From: Octopus sinensis
Lineage: Eukaryota
Length of the DNA stretch: 64,000 nt
Assembly (NCBI RefSeq): GCF_006345805.1
Contig: NC_043004.1
Location: 92,070,001-92,134,000 of the forward strand
Direction: 5' to 3'
Made by a program: the position numbers and the translations under genes. Every line of letters begins with the position of its first letter. Within the stretch, counting starts at the first letter, position 1. The notes under the pieces are model-generated. The model did no database searches and was not told where the DNA came from. It saw only the letters and a list, made by a program, of their open reading frames with translations. Of the stretch, positions 1 to 13,659 are shown piece after piece.

Positions 1-106
1 ATATACACACACACCTCTATAGAAGTGTAAAGCAATAAATGCTTGCATTCGTCGAGATACTGTGGATATACAAATTTATGTAAGGTATGTCGTAACTAAG
101 ATATTT

Positions 107-400
107 CTAGCATAACAATGAAATTCTATGTCTGTGCCCCACCCCGTTATATATACATATCATTCTTGATCTAACAAAAATACATATATACATGCACACA
201 TACGTACGTACATATGTATATATATGTGTGAGTGTGGGTATGTTGGTGTGTGTGTATGTGTGTCTGTACATGCGTCTGCATATATATATATTTGCATATA
301 TATAACAGACATTCATTACACACGCACAATATAAGTGTAATTATGTATATATGTAAATATATATACATGCGCACACATACACGTACACCTCCCCATAAAT

Positions 401-435
<35 letters not shown>

Positions 436-470
436 GCTACACACACTCACATATATGTATAAACTCACAC
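107..470. repeat. (AT)n/(AC)n-rich microsatellite tract
   Basis: Imperfect TA/CA/TATG runs visible directly; overlapping YIYI/CVCV ORFs are artefacts. Confidence 0.85.
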
Positions 471-771
471 GTATATTTGTAACAATAATGTGAAAGCAAA
501 GAGTAATATTTTGAAATCAATTCGTATGTAAGTTAATACATAATTTCAATGTATTTGTGGTTAGAGCTGTAAGTAGGTTAACCACATATATATTGAAATT
601 TTTTCATCAATTTCTTCATATTTTTGGAATGCTTTAACTGTGGACGTTTTACGTCATGGATGCATTTTCTGTCAAATATGATGCAAACTTGAAGCGTACG
701 TATTAAATGATTTCAAAATTTAACTGCTTGGTTCGATTACAATTAATAAGACACGATACCAGTACAAACTA

Positions 772-1413
772 CAGTGATCCCTCGATTATCGAGGGAGTTA
801 CGTTCCAAAACATTCTGCGATAGGTGAAAATTCGCGAAGTAGAAACAGTACTGTACTCTCTATATTTTTAAAATTATATTTATAATTTGTATATATATAG
901 GCGCAGGAGTGGCTGTTTGGTAAGTAGCTTGTTTACCAACCACATGGTTCCGGGTTCAGTCCCACTGCGTGGCACCTTGGGCAAGTGTCTTCTACTATAG
1001 CCTCGGGCCGACCAAAGCCTTGTGAGTGGATTTGGTAGACAGAAACTGAAAGAAGCCCGTCGTATATATGTATATATATATATATATATGCGTGTGTGTG
1101 TTTGTGTGTCTGTGTTTGTCCCCCTAGCATTGCTTGACAACCGATGCTGGTGTGTTTATGTCCCCGTTACCTAGCGGTTCGGCAAAAGAGGCCGATAGAA
1201 TAAGTACTGGGCTTACAAAAGAATAAGTCCCGGGGTCGAGTTGCTCGATTAAAGGCGGTGTCCCAGCATGGCCGCAGTCAAATGACTGAAACAAGTAAAA
1301 GAGTAAAAGAGTATATATTTTATTATAAATACAAAACAACACCATGGAAGAATCGACGTGAAGATAAATAATAAACCGCGATAGGTGAACCACAAAATGG
1401 CGAGGGATTACCG
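772..1413. mobile_element. Tigger/pogo-like MITE (non-autonomous), interrupted by a SINE
   Basis: TA|CAGTGATCCCTCG at 770-784; CGAGGGATTACCG|TA at 1401-1415 (11/13 inverted match, TA on both flanks); subterminal GCGATAGGTGAA at both ends. Confidence 0.7.
899..1313 (+). mobile_element. tRNA-derived CORE-type SINE, family A (resembles octopus OR-type SINEs)
   Basis: A-box-like TGGCTGTTTGGT, B-box-like GGTTCAGTCCC, CORE-like ACCTTGGGCAAGTG, internal (AT)/(GT) tract, tail GTAAAAGAGTAAAAGA; at least 5 near-identical copies in window. Family name is from recall, not a search. Confidence 0.85.
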
Positions 1414-1531
1414 TAGTGGACCTTGACTTCACTTACGTGGATACACTAACAATGATTTGCGATAGTTGGTATATTTGATTCGGGTTAAAAATGTTGCTAC
1501 CATGCACCATTTTTTAGCGTGACACTATATA

Positions 1532-2189
1532 CATGGGTTGGACAAAATAATGGAAACGCCTGGCATCATAGAATCATAATTTTGAAATATCTGTAAAACC
1601 GTAAAAAGCTTTATTTTATTTTATTTTATCTAGTTTCAGCTCACGAGCTACGGCCATGCTGGGGCACCGCCATTTGAGCTTGTTTATTTTTATGATTTTT
1701 ATTTATTATTAGTGTTGCTTAATATGTTTTGCTAAAATTGCTGTTTCGTTTCATATATCACTAGAAAAAAACGATTAAGATTTATTAGAATAACATATGT
1801 ATCGGACATTCAAAGAGGACAAATTGTTGGTGCTCGTATGGCAGGCGCTAGCGTAACGAAAACAGCCGAAATGTTTGGTGTATCAGGAAGTACTGTCTCG
1901 AAAGTAATGACAGCCTTTGAGAAAGAGGGAAAAACCTCCTCGTCGAATCAAAACTCCGGAGAAAACTTACACGAATTATTAGAAAGGATAACAAAAGTAC
2001 AGCTCCCAAAATTACCGCAGAGTTTAATGACCACCTCAAAAACCCAGTTTCCACAAAAACTGTTCGCCGAGAGCTTCACAAAGTCAGATTTCATAGGAGG
2101 GCTGCAATCAGAAAATCACTACTTCCAAAAACAAACATTGCATATTAAAATAAAGTTTAAGGTGTTCCCATTATTTTGTGCCAAAACTG
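1532..2189 (+). mobile_element. Internally deleted Tc1-like DNA transposon (N-terminal HTH only)
   Basis: Imperfect TIRs GG-ACAAAATAATGGAAACGCC (~1539-1560) and GGTGTTCCCATTATTTTGTGCC (2161-2182); translation LSDIQRGQIVGARMAGASVTKTAEMFGVS... and, in a shifted frame, KITAEFNDHLKNPVSTKTVRRELHK; no DDE domain. A SINE tail fragment lies at ~1628-1672 (minus). Confidence 0.8.
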
Positions 2190-2817
2190 CTTTCAGCTGA
2201 CCAAAAAGACATTCGGGTTTCAGTTGCACAAGATCTTGATGGCATCGAGAACGATGAAAACGTTTTGAAAACTTAGCGTAGGCCCCTGAGCAGCTATCGC
2301 CAAGTTTTTGGCAAAATTCAATTTAGATTCTCTGCTCATCTTACTTTGTCATTGTCATATATGTTTCTAAAGGATCTCAGACAAGACAGCGCCGTTACTG
2401 AGAGACGGTTGATGAAGTCTAACACCTCAGTACGCCATGCTAGCATTTGAACTCAGAAGGCAAAAAACAAAACAAACCAGAACAGATACTGCTATGCCTC
2501 TCCGTCCGATGCTCTATAATTATTACATCAATCCACAGCTCTTGGATGTTAACATATTAGGATTGCGTTGAATACCATTATAAAATACAATTGGGTGTTT
2601 TGTATTTTAAAGGAATGAGACGAACGTCTACTTAAATAAACATGTGTGTGTGTGTGTGCGTTTGTATGTGTGTAAGTGTGGGGGCGCGGTTAAAATTATA
2701 CATGTACGGCTATATTAGTGACTGAACTGTGGAGAGTGTCGTGCGAAAATACTAACCCAAAGTTGGTTACGGCTTAGGACATATGTATAAATATAAACAT
2801 AAATATGTATATATATA

Positions 2818-2849
<32 letters not shown>

Positions 2850-2850
2850 C

Positions 2851-4156
<1,306 letters not shown>

Positions 4157-4324
4157 TACGTATATATATATTTATCTTGGACAACAAAGGCGGCGTAGAG
4201 AGGGGAGACTGACATGCTTGGGCAACTACTGCTTTTCCACGAAAAAAAAACTATTCCTGGACTTGTGCCTCGGAGGGGAAATTTCTAGGCACAATTCGAT
4301 GTCCATTCCTGACCAAATAGGGTT

Positions 4325-5429
<1,105 letters not shown>

Positions 5430-5587
5430 TGTTTCTTTATTAGCCACACAGGGCTGCACACAGATAGAACAAATTACAAGGTAGAGCTTTTCTTTTGAAG
5501 GTTTTAAAAAAAAAAAAAAAAAAAAGGAAGGGGAGTTTTCGATCAAAAGGGATCGTAAAAGGAGAGAAAGAGGACAAAAAAAAGGGG

Positions 5588-5622
<35 letters not shown>

Positions 5623-5836
5623 GGAGAGGAAAAAAAATTGATCAATAGGGATCGTTATCACAGAAATGTCAATATGAAGTGTAAAGGGGAGGACAGGTGA
5701 GGTTTACCCGTGGAAAGAAAAGCCTACGGAAAAGACCACGGTAACCTCGGTCAATGAAGTCACATTTTATATTTCTTTTTTTTTTTTTTTTTTTTTTTTT
5801 TGCAAATAAGCAACTCTCTGTTTTCGATTTCTGGGT

Positions 5837-8800
5837 TCATAGGACTATGCTCAAGGTGGCTTCGTCATTCATACGTGCCATTCTTGCTACATTCACCCAT
5901 CTTTTTTTAAAACATTCGCTAGACAAAACTTGCCTCTCTACTCTCACTTTCCTTTTCAAGTGGTACTTGAAGAAGTTGATGAGAGATTGACCAGAGAGGA
6001 AAGTGTTTGTCTCCAATCCTTTCAGACGCGTCCACCAGATACATTCTTTCGCCATAGCCACAAGGATGATGAAAATAGCTCTTCCTTCCCGTTTGAAGGA
6101 AGGAGGCGTGACAATATTGACGATAGACTCAGCTGATAAACCGACTCGTCCCACACGTGACAGCAGTTGTTCGACATAAGCCCACAGGTCGGAAATTGTT
6201 GGACACTGAACGAGTGCGTGCAGAACGGTTTCGTCGCTCTGACCGCATCTCGGGCAGGTCGGCCCCGTGTTTCTCGAGCCGTGTCTGTAGAGCTTATCCC
6301 GAACGGGTAGCGCTTCTCGGTAGCACTGCCAGGCCAGGGATCTCTGGAAGTTGTCCATGGGCCCGGCCCGAAAGTCGTCCCGAACAGGCGGGTCAGGTAC
6401 TCCTCGTCGACGTCCAGGTTCGCCCCGAGCTCGTCGTCGTACCTCCCCTCCACTAAACCCCTATAGAATGCTTTGGTTGTGTTGAAGTCACTTAAGGTCG
6501 ACCCAGGACGGCAGAGTTGCTTGAGAGCAACGCGACACTCGCGGTGCCATTCGCCCTTCCTCGGCCTCTTTTTGATCCACGACTGCAGTTCGGTCATGGA
6601 GACGAGCTGCGGGAAAGCGTGCCTCACAAACGGCGACCACACCTGTTCACCGTCGTCTACATAGAGCCAGAGATGTCGCAGTCTCAGCGCGTGTCTGCGC
6701 ATCATCAACCACGGCATGCCCAGCCCTCCTTTTAACGGGTGTTGACAGCAAATGGATCGCCTGACCATCGGGACGCATCCTTTCCACAAGAAGCGAAAGA
6801 GGATGCGTTGTAGTTTGGTGATGGTAGGGTCGGGACAAGGTACGACGGTCAGGCGGTAGTAGATGACGGACGCGATGTACGTGTTCGCCACCTCCGCTCG
6901 ACCTTTTAGGGACAGTTTCCTCTCGGCCCACTGCCGGGCGAGAGTGACCACCCTACTCGTTATCTCGTTCCAGTTCTTCTCCACTTGGAGGTCCGGACCA
7001 AACCAGACCCCGAGCAACTCAACCGGGCCGTCGGTCCAGCGTCCCACGACGGAGGCGCTGGTGGACGGCATGGGCTTGCTTCTCCAGGTGCCTAGTCGCA
7101 AGCCCACTGACTTTTCCCGGTTGATTTTCGCTCCTGTCACCGCTTCGTAGTTTTTCAGTGTCTCGCCGACCAGCTCGATGTGCTCGTGGCTAGACACTAT
7201 GACGGTGACGTCGTCCGCGTATGCAGACACGCTCGTCCCGCATCCCAATTCTCGCGGGATGCCCCTTAGAGTCGCCAGCTTCCGCAGTAGTGGCTCAAGA
7301 GTCAATACGTATAGAAGCGCCGAGAGGGGGCATCCCTGACGGACCGAACGTGCAATGTCGAAAGGTCTCGATAGATGTCCATTTACGCGAATTACCGAAC
7401 GGATGCCTCTGTACAAGGCAGCTATCCAGCCGCGGAAGACGGGACCGAAACCAGCCGCTCTCAGGACTGCCTCCAAGTATCGATGGTCTACCCTATCAAA
7501 GGCTTTCGATTGATCCAAGTTGATCAGGGCCCCACCCATGCCAGGTTCGTTAACTACCCTGTCTATGATGTAGCGCATCAGATGGAGGTTGTCATGGATG
7601 GTCCGGCCTGGCACGGCGCATGTTTGCGCCTTGTCGACCAGTTTCTCGATGACAAGCGCCAACCTCTTGGCTAGCACCTTGGCCAAAATTTTCAAGTCTG
7701 CATTAAGCAGAGTGATGGGCCTAAAGTTATCTATTACATTTCCCTTGTTTAGATCTTTCTTCAGCAGTGTTACGGCTCCTCGGCTCACAAAACCAGGAAT
7801 GCTCCCGTTTTGCTGCCAGTTGCAGTACACCGCCGCCAAGAGATCTCCAAACAAGTCTGGCATACAATTGTAAAGCTCGTAGGGTAGACCATCCAAACCC
7901 GGTGATTTGTCCCTCGAGCATTCTGCCATCGCTTCCCGCACTTCCGCCGCCGTGATGGCACCTTCGCAGCACCCTGCCTTTCTTGTCGAGAGTCGTGGTA
8001 GGCTATGTAGGTAGGCACTGAAGTCCACCCTACGTTCTTGCCCTCCACTCGTTCCGAACAGTCGGGCAAAATGCTGCTGAAAGGCCTCACACATTTTACT
8101 TGGCTCGAGCAATTCGCGCCCCTGTTCATCTACCAGTGACCGAATGGTGGCTTTGTTGCCCTGTTGCGCCTCTGCCACCCGGGCCTCTCTCGCGGCTCCA
8201 ACACCTTCGTTCCTTAGAGCACGCATCCTAGCTCTGACAGCACATCCTTCGTGTTTGGCGTTGAAGTGTTGGTCGAGGGCCAACCTCGCCGCCAAAACGT
8301 CGGATGCGATGCCGCTTCTAATTGCCTCTTCTAGCTTCTTAACTAGCTCACCCTCTACTCTATTTCTATCTATGGCTAGTGCTTTGCTGTACCTAATCGC
8401 TTCTGCTTTTACTGCTCTCTTGAGGGCAAACCACCATTTGTTGTTGATGATGGCTCCCGTCAAAGCCCTCTTTACTAGTGTGCTAATCCGGTCTCTGAAA
8501 ACTTGTCTCGATGGGAAAGACGCGTTTAGTTTCCAGTATCCGGGACCCTGCCTAAGTGTCTTACCTAAGTCTAGCGTACATGTCACAAGTTTGTGATCCG
8601 TGTAGCTGACTATGTGGAATTGTGGACATCCTATGCTATCTCTATCTACTGTCCTACACAGTATCCTATCTAGATACGATCTCGACGACCCGATGCGGTT
8701 GCTCCATGTCCACGTTGGCGCATTCGGGTGGTCTAGTCGGAACCTGTCAGACAGTTGAAAGCGTCTGAGCAGGTCTCTGAGGCATTTGCATCCCCGTCTA

Positions 8801-9273
8801 TTCCTATCTCTACCCACGTAGTCTACATGCGTGTCCAAGGTAGCATTCCAATCCCCCACTAAGAGTAAAGGACGAGACGTTCCCAAGAAAACTTCTAGAC
8901 GTTGAAAGAAATCCGCCCGACCTGTTAAGGGCGGTGCGTAAACTGATACGAGTCGAAAAGCGCACCCATTGCTGCCGTCGACATCCAGGACGACCAGTCT
9001 ACCCTCCGGGTCTACGAATATTGTCCTTACATTGAGATCCAGACTCTTGTGAAAAAGTACCGCGGTGCCACTACCGCCCATTCTCGGCAGACAGGGGGAA
9101 AAATAAATGTTGAACTGTCCGCCAAACATGGTCTTTAGGGCCCGCGGATTGTGGAGTCTGGTCTCGCTTATGGCTATGATTTCTAACTTATGTGACTTTA
9201 TGTCATTTAAGAGGTACCCTTGTTTCCAAGGGGACCCCAAGCCACGCGCATTTACACAACCAATCTTGATCAT
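5837..9273 (-). CDS. Tx1 ORF2: apurinic-like endonuclease + reverse transcriptase + zinc finger; one frameshift near 6360
   Basis: NARGL, ISETRL, LVGDWN, SYTDHK (APE); FRPITLLN, DQSKAFDRVDH, VRQGCPLS, AYADD (RT); C-terminus CPRCGQSDETVLHALVQCP lies in ORF 5837..6358. One added C in GGCCC|ATGGAC would join the frames into ~1145 aa. Confidence 0.9.
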
Positions 9274-10775
9274 AGTTCTAATGAATTAGAATACAGAGGG
9301 TTACTTACTGCTCGAAAGTTTTTGCTTTCTCCTCCGTTGGTTTGTCCTCGAGAAGATCCCAGTACAGTTTTCTTTGTGAGATATTTTTGGCATTTACCAA
9401 CCGCACTGGGGAAAATGCCTTTGAGTGTGTGGTGCAGACTTTTGGAGATGTGTAATATTTTGATGTGGTCTGGTGGTGTTGTGTATGGGTGATTGTTTGT
9501 TTTTATGTCCTCTTCTGTTATGTTTGTTTTTGATTGGATGTATTCCATCAAATTTGTGTTTTTGGTGTCTATGGCTGTGAGCATGTTTGCTGTATATGTT
9601 TTTGTGGTGTTGGTGTGGCTGTTGTTTGCGTTGGGTTTTGAAATGTCTTCGGGAGATGTATTTCCCCCTGCTTTGTTCGTGTTTGCATTTGGTTTGGTTG
9701 TGTTTCTGCTCTTTATTTTCCTTCTTTTTGTAGCTATTTGCCATTCCTCACTGGTTTCGTCTTCCGACGAAATTTCTGAGGAATCAGAAGGGGGTAGGGG
9801 TATGTTGTGGGCTTCTATGTATGTCTGTGTAAGTGGTTGTGTTGTTGTTTTCGTTGTTGTTGGTTGTTGAGTGTTTGTGTGTGTTGAGTGCGGTATAAGG
9901 GATGGGGGATCAGTTTGTGTGTGTTTTCTTTGTTTTTCTGTTCCTTTGGGTTTTGCTGTCGTTCTTGGTGTTGGAATTGGTTTATTTGTTGTTGGTGGTG
10001 ATGATTCTGTTCTTGGCGCTGGTGTTGGTGTTGTTTGGTTGGGTTGGCTTGTTCTTTGTTGTTTTTCCTGCATTTCCGCATACAGCTTCTTGACTAGCTG
10101 TCCATATTGTGGTGTGGGCAATAATCCTGGCTTTTGTGATTTTTCCTGTGGCTGTTGTTGTTGTTGTAATTTTGCGGCAGATTTGCACTCCTTTTTGAGG
10201 TGTGCCTCACTGCCACATGTATAGCATCGTGGCCTTCTGCCCTCGACTACTACGTATAACTTGCGGCCATCCTCAAGATGTACGTGGGTGGGGATTTTAT
10301 TTATGTCCTCTTGACTTATGTGGAAGAGGAACTCTATTCTCTTTCCCAGCCAGTCCTTGTTTTCCGAAACACCGATATCTAGGATGTTTAAGTCCTCCAT
10401 TTCGGATGTTAATGCGGATGTAATCCACAGTGTTGTAGTCACTTGGGGGACACCACTGATAATGACTTTCGTAACCTTCTGGCCGAGGTAACTCGGTGTC
10501 AACGTTAGTTCATCAGAATGAAGGGTTATCGTTGAGAATTTCTTCGCCAACTCTTCATTCTGAAAAACCACCTGTACGTGTGCGAACTTGTTCGCCCAAG
10601 TCACACAATCCTTGTAACCCCAGATGGGGCGTAAGCACTTTTCGACTTTGTCTGTGCTTGCCTTTTCTGGACTTTTTGTTTTTTTATTTGTGATTTTATA
10701 TACAATTGTCTTTTTTTTCTCCTCATTCAGTATGTGCTGAGGTATGTGTAAGAGTATTTTTCCGTTTTGATTTGT
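9270..10775 (-). CDS. Tx1 ORF1 (gag-like nucleic-acid-binding protein), own start codon not visible
   Basis: Open frame with CYTCGSEAHLKKEC zinc knuckle followed by a Q/T/P-rich low-complexity region; stop TGA overlaps the ORF2 ATG (ATGA). The listed start at 10910 reads in from flank DNA through (TATC)n. Confidence 0.8.
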   Translation of the reverse strand, partial: TNQNGKILLHIPQHILNEEKKKTIVYKITNKKTKSPEKASTDKVEKCLRPIWGYKDCVTWANKFAHVQVVFQNEELAKKFSTITLHSDELTLTPSYLGQKVTKVIISGVPQVTTTLWITSALTSEMEDLNILDIGVSENKDWLGKRIEFLFHISQEDINKIPTHVHLEDGRKLYVVVEGRRPRCYTCGSEAHLKKECKSAAKLQQQQQPQEKSQKPGLLPTPQYGQLVKKLYAEMQEKQQRTSQPNQTTPTPAPRTESSPPTTNKPIPTPRTTAKPKGTEKQRKHTQTDPPSLIPHSTHTNTQQPTTTKTTTQPLTQTYIEAHNIPLPPSDSSEISSEDETSEEWQIATKRRKIKSRNTTKPNANTNKAGGNTSPEDISKPNANNSHTNTTKTYTANMLTAIDTKNTNLMEYIQSKTNITEEDIKTNNHPYTTPPDHIKILHISKSLHHTLKGIFPSAVGKCQKYLTKKTVLGSSRGQTNGGESKNFRAVSNPLYSNSLEL

Positions 10776-10798
10776 AATTAGATAGATAGATAGATAAT

Positions 10799-10870
<72 letters not shown>
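10776..10870. repeat. (GATA)n microsatellite at the Tx1 5' junction
   Basis: Direct observation. Confidence 0.95.
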
Positions 10871-10871
<1 letters not shown>

Positions 10872-11519
10872 GTGTGCCTGTATTTGAGCAGGGGCTTTCG
10901 CAATCATCATTACTCACATTTTACGACTTACAAACATATCTTGTTTCATAAAATTTATGTGGACTAGCTCTTGACCATATTTTGTTAGCTGGCACGAATA
11001 TCGGGTAACGAGGAGATGTTAGTAAGGCTTGCAGTAGTGATGGATGCGCAGACATGACAATAGGGAGTAAGTAGATTTGTAAGAGGTGTACTAATGTAGC
11101 GAAAGGTTTTGTGCCGAGCGGCGGCGGCGGGGGTTGGGGGTGGCAACAGCATCACATGATAGGTTGATAATTAAGTAGATAGTTATAGAAAATGTGGTAA
11201 CGGTGAGCGCAATTGGTATGACAGTTGGGGGCAAATTGTGGATATGTGAGTGGTAGTAGCGGTTGTGTTTGTGTAGTTTGGGTGAATTAGAAAGTTTTTA
11301 TGTTTGGGGCAATATTCCAGCTATTCGTTCATTCGTGCAGAATTAAACTGATCATTATCATTGCTGGCAAATATTCAACAGATCCACTGGCCACCTATTG
11401 AGATGGAATGTCATCAAAAGTAATTTTTATTCCATTCCTCTGTCTCCATCTCTCTCCGTTTCATTCCCACCTCCCCCCCCACCACTTTTTCTCTAGGGAT
11501 GATAACTGTCGAGTTGGCA

Positions 11520-11930
11520 TGTGATGTTTTGCATTTCGTTGTAATCGTCGTCGATATCATTTGTTATCATGAACATCATTCTATATTCATTGTCATTCAC
11601 ATAATCATCTTTGTCAACATCATTATCACCAGCATAATCATCATTGTCATCGTCTGGATCATCATCATCGTCATGATCACTACCCCCTCCTTTTCTCCTT
11701 TCTATCTCCTCTTCCTGCTCCTTATCATCATTGTCATCGTCGTAGTCGTAATCGTCGTCATCGCCGTCGTAGTCGTCATAGCCGTCATCGTCATCGTCAT
11801 CGACGTCGCAGGCGTCATTGTTGCTGTCGTCGTTGCCATTATCCTTATCGCCTTCATCGTCATCCTCGTTCCCCTTTCTCATTATTATCATTGTTCTCAG
11901 AATTGACATCATCATATCGTCTACGACAAG
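11520..11930. repeat. Imperfect (CAT)/(CGT) trinucleotide low-complexity tract
   Basis: Runs of ATC/GTC; produces the D-rich and I/V-rich ORFs on opposite strands. Confidence 0.8.
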
Positions 11931-13529
11931 ACAATGAATATTAATAAGACCTGCAGAACAACCTCTTCGCAATTCTAACTCCTTTACAGTTTAGAAACTT
12001 AAACCAAAGCAATATCGAAGGAACTGTTCGAAAATTTAAAGAGTTTCTTCAGGAGCTGAATGAAATGCATGCCATGGGGTTAATGTCATTCTCTTACCCT
12101 CTGTTGCCATTGATGAGCTAAGTTTTAATATGAGTAGCCCTACACAATGAAAGATAAGCTTTCTCTGTGAGAACATTATGGCTGACAATCAAGAAATGAA
12201 CGTCACCTTAAGCTTGAATACTGAAATCTGAAGAACACTGCGCTGAGATCATAAAATGGTTATATTATATATAAGTTAAACACATACATATTTTGTAACA
12301 ACAGTAGTCATAGTGCACTACCGTATTGTGCCGTTAGTGGAATCTGCTCTGCGGTTATGGAAGGAGGCCATGTCTCAGTTTTAATGATATCTGTGTATTT
12401 TGATGCATTGCTTCAAAATAGCGGAAAACCATGTGTTTGGTCATGACTTTATCACAGCATTTCCAGAAACAGTGCAAAACATCAAAGGGTTGCAATTGTG
12501 CTTTTTCCTCACATTAAGTTATATAAACGGACATCTTTAGATAGATCGATAGATATGTAGCTATAAGATGTTTCTGCATGTGTGAGCAGTGTTATGAATC
12601 AGCACTGAGGTGATATGGATCGGAAAAACACAAATCCTGCTGAAATTTTAGATGCAAAAATATTTATTTCTACCGTTAACAAATAAATGTTGTCGTTACT
12701 ACGAATTTAAAAGAAAGCGTGTTTACCCAAGTAAGAACGTTTTAAGTTTATATCAGATGTTGGATCGGGCACAATTGTAATCGCCGTACCGTTGTGTTTG
12801 TTGCAGTTAGTCGGCTAAGGTGTGTTACTAAGGTTGTCGCCACCAACGTCGTCGTCCATCATTGTCTTGGTGCTACGGACACAGCTATAGGCTGCCTTCT
12901 GATTTTCTGCTTCTATTTGCTGTCGACTGATTAGGGGCAAAAATGCACGAAATATAAAGTAGATGTTCTTGGCAAGAAAACGCGCCAAAGATGAAATTGT
13001 TAAATTAGATTTTGATACAGCAAAAATGCAATTACTTAGTGTTTTGATGACGTTCGTAATATTTGAGCGAATCGGATTCGTGTTCTTTAATTGTTTTTGT
13101 ATCGGGTACAGTGATCTAGGTTCGATTTCTAAGTGTTTTGCGACTCTCACATATTCCTGCTACGGATGGAAACAGAAAGACGGGTGGGTACATTGAATGA
13201 TTGATTGTAAGACAGATGAATAAACAGATAGCTAGAAAGCTCGACAGACAGCTAGCTAACTAGATGGATGGATCGTTGAATAGACAGAGAGACAGACTGA
13301 GAGAGAGAAAGAGAAACAGACAGATAGACAGGTAGACAGACAGAGATGACTGGGTGGATGGGTGGATGGATGAATTGAGGGATGGGTGGATTGAGGAATA
13401 GATGAGTAGACAGACAGACTCACAGACTCATAGATAGAGATAGATAGATAACTAGATAGACAGATAGATAAATAAAGATAGACAGATAGAAAAATAGATA
13501 GATAGAAAGATAGATAGATAGATAGAAAA

Positions 13530-13562
<33 letters not shown>

Positions 13563-13591
13563 AAATAGATAGATAGATAGATTGATGGATG

Positions 13592-13659
<68 letters not shown>

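Larger units (their letters stand above)
5430..10775 (-). mobile_element. Near-full-length Tx1-type non-LTR retrotransposon (L1 group)
   Basis: ORF1 with CCHC knuckle, ORF2 with APE + RT + C-terminal Cys motif, ~400-bp 3'UTR with AATAAA (plus-strand TTTATT 5436-5441); GATA repeats at both junctions. Confidence 0.92.

Noticed and set aside
899-980. tRNA genes at SINE heads (also 24609, 30574, 43933, 52413, 53984, 62101)
   Set aside because: A/B-box-like motifs continue into SINE bodies; no complete cloverleaf is evident.
11493-11972. Asp-rich acidic protein ORF
   Set aside because: Explained by the (GAT/GAC)n low-complexity tract; no other coding evidence.
12815-13196. Overlapping non-repetitive ORFs as host coding sequence (similarly 24066-24353, 45454-45700, 46934-47196)
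   Set aside because: No recognisable domain, no convincing splice-site pair and no consistent strand; needs RNA-seq or BLASTX.
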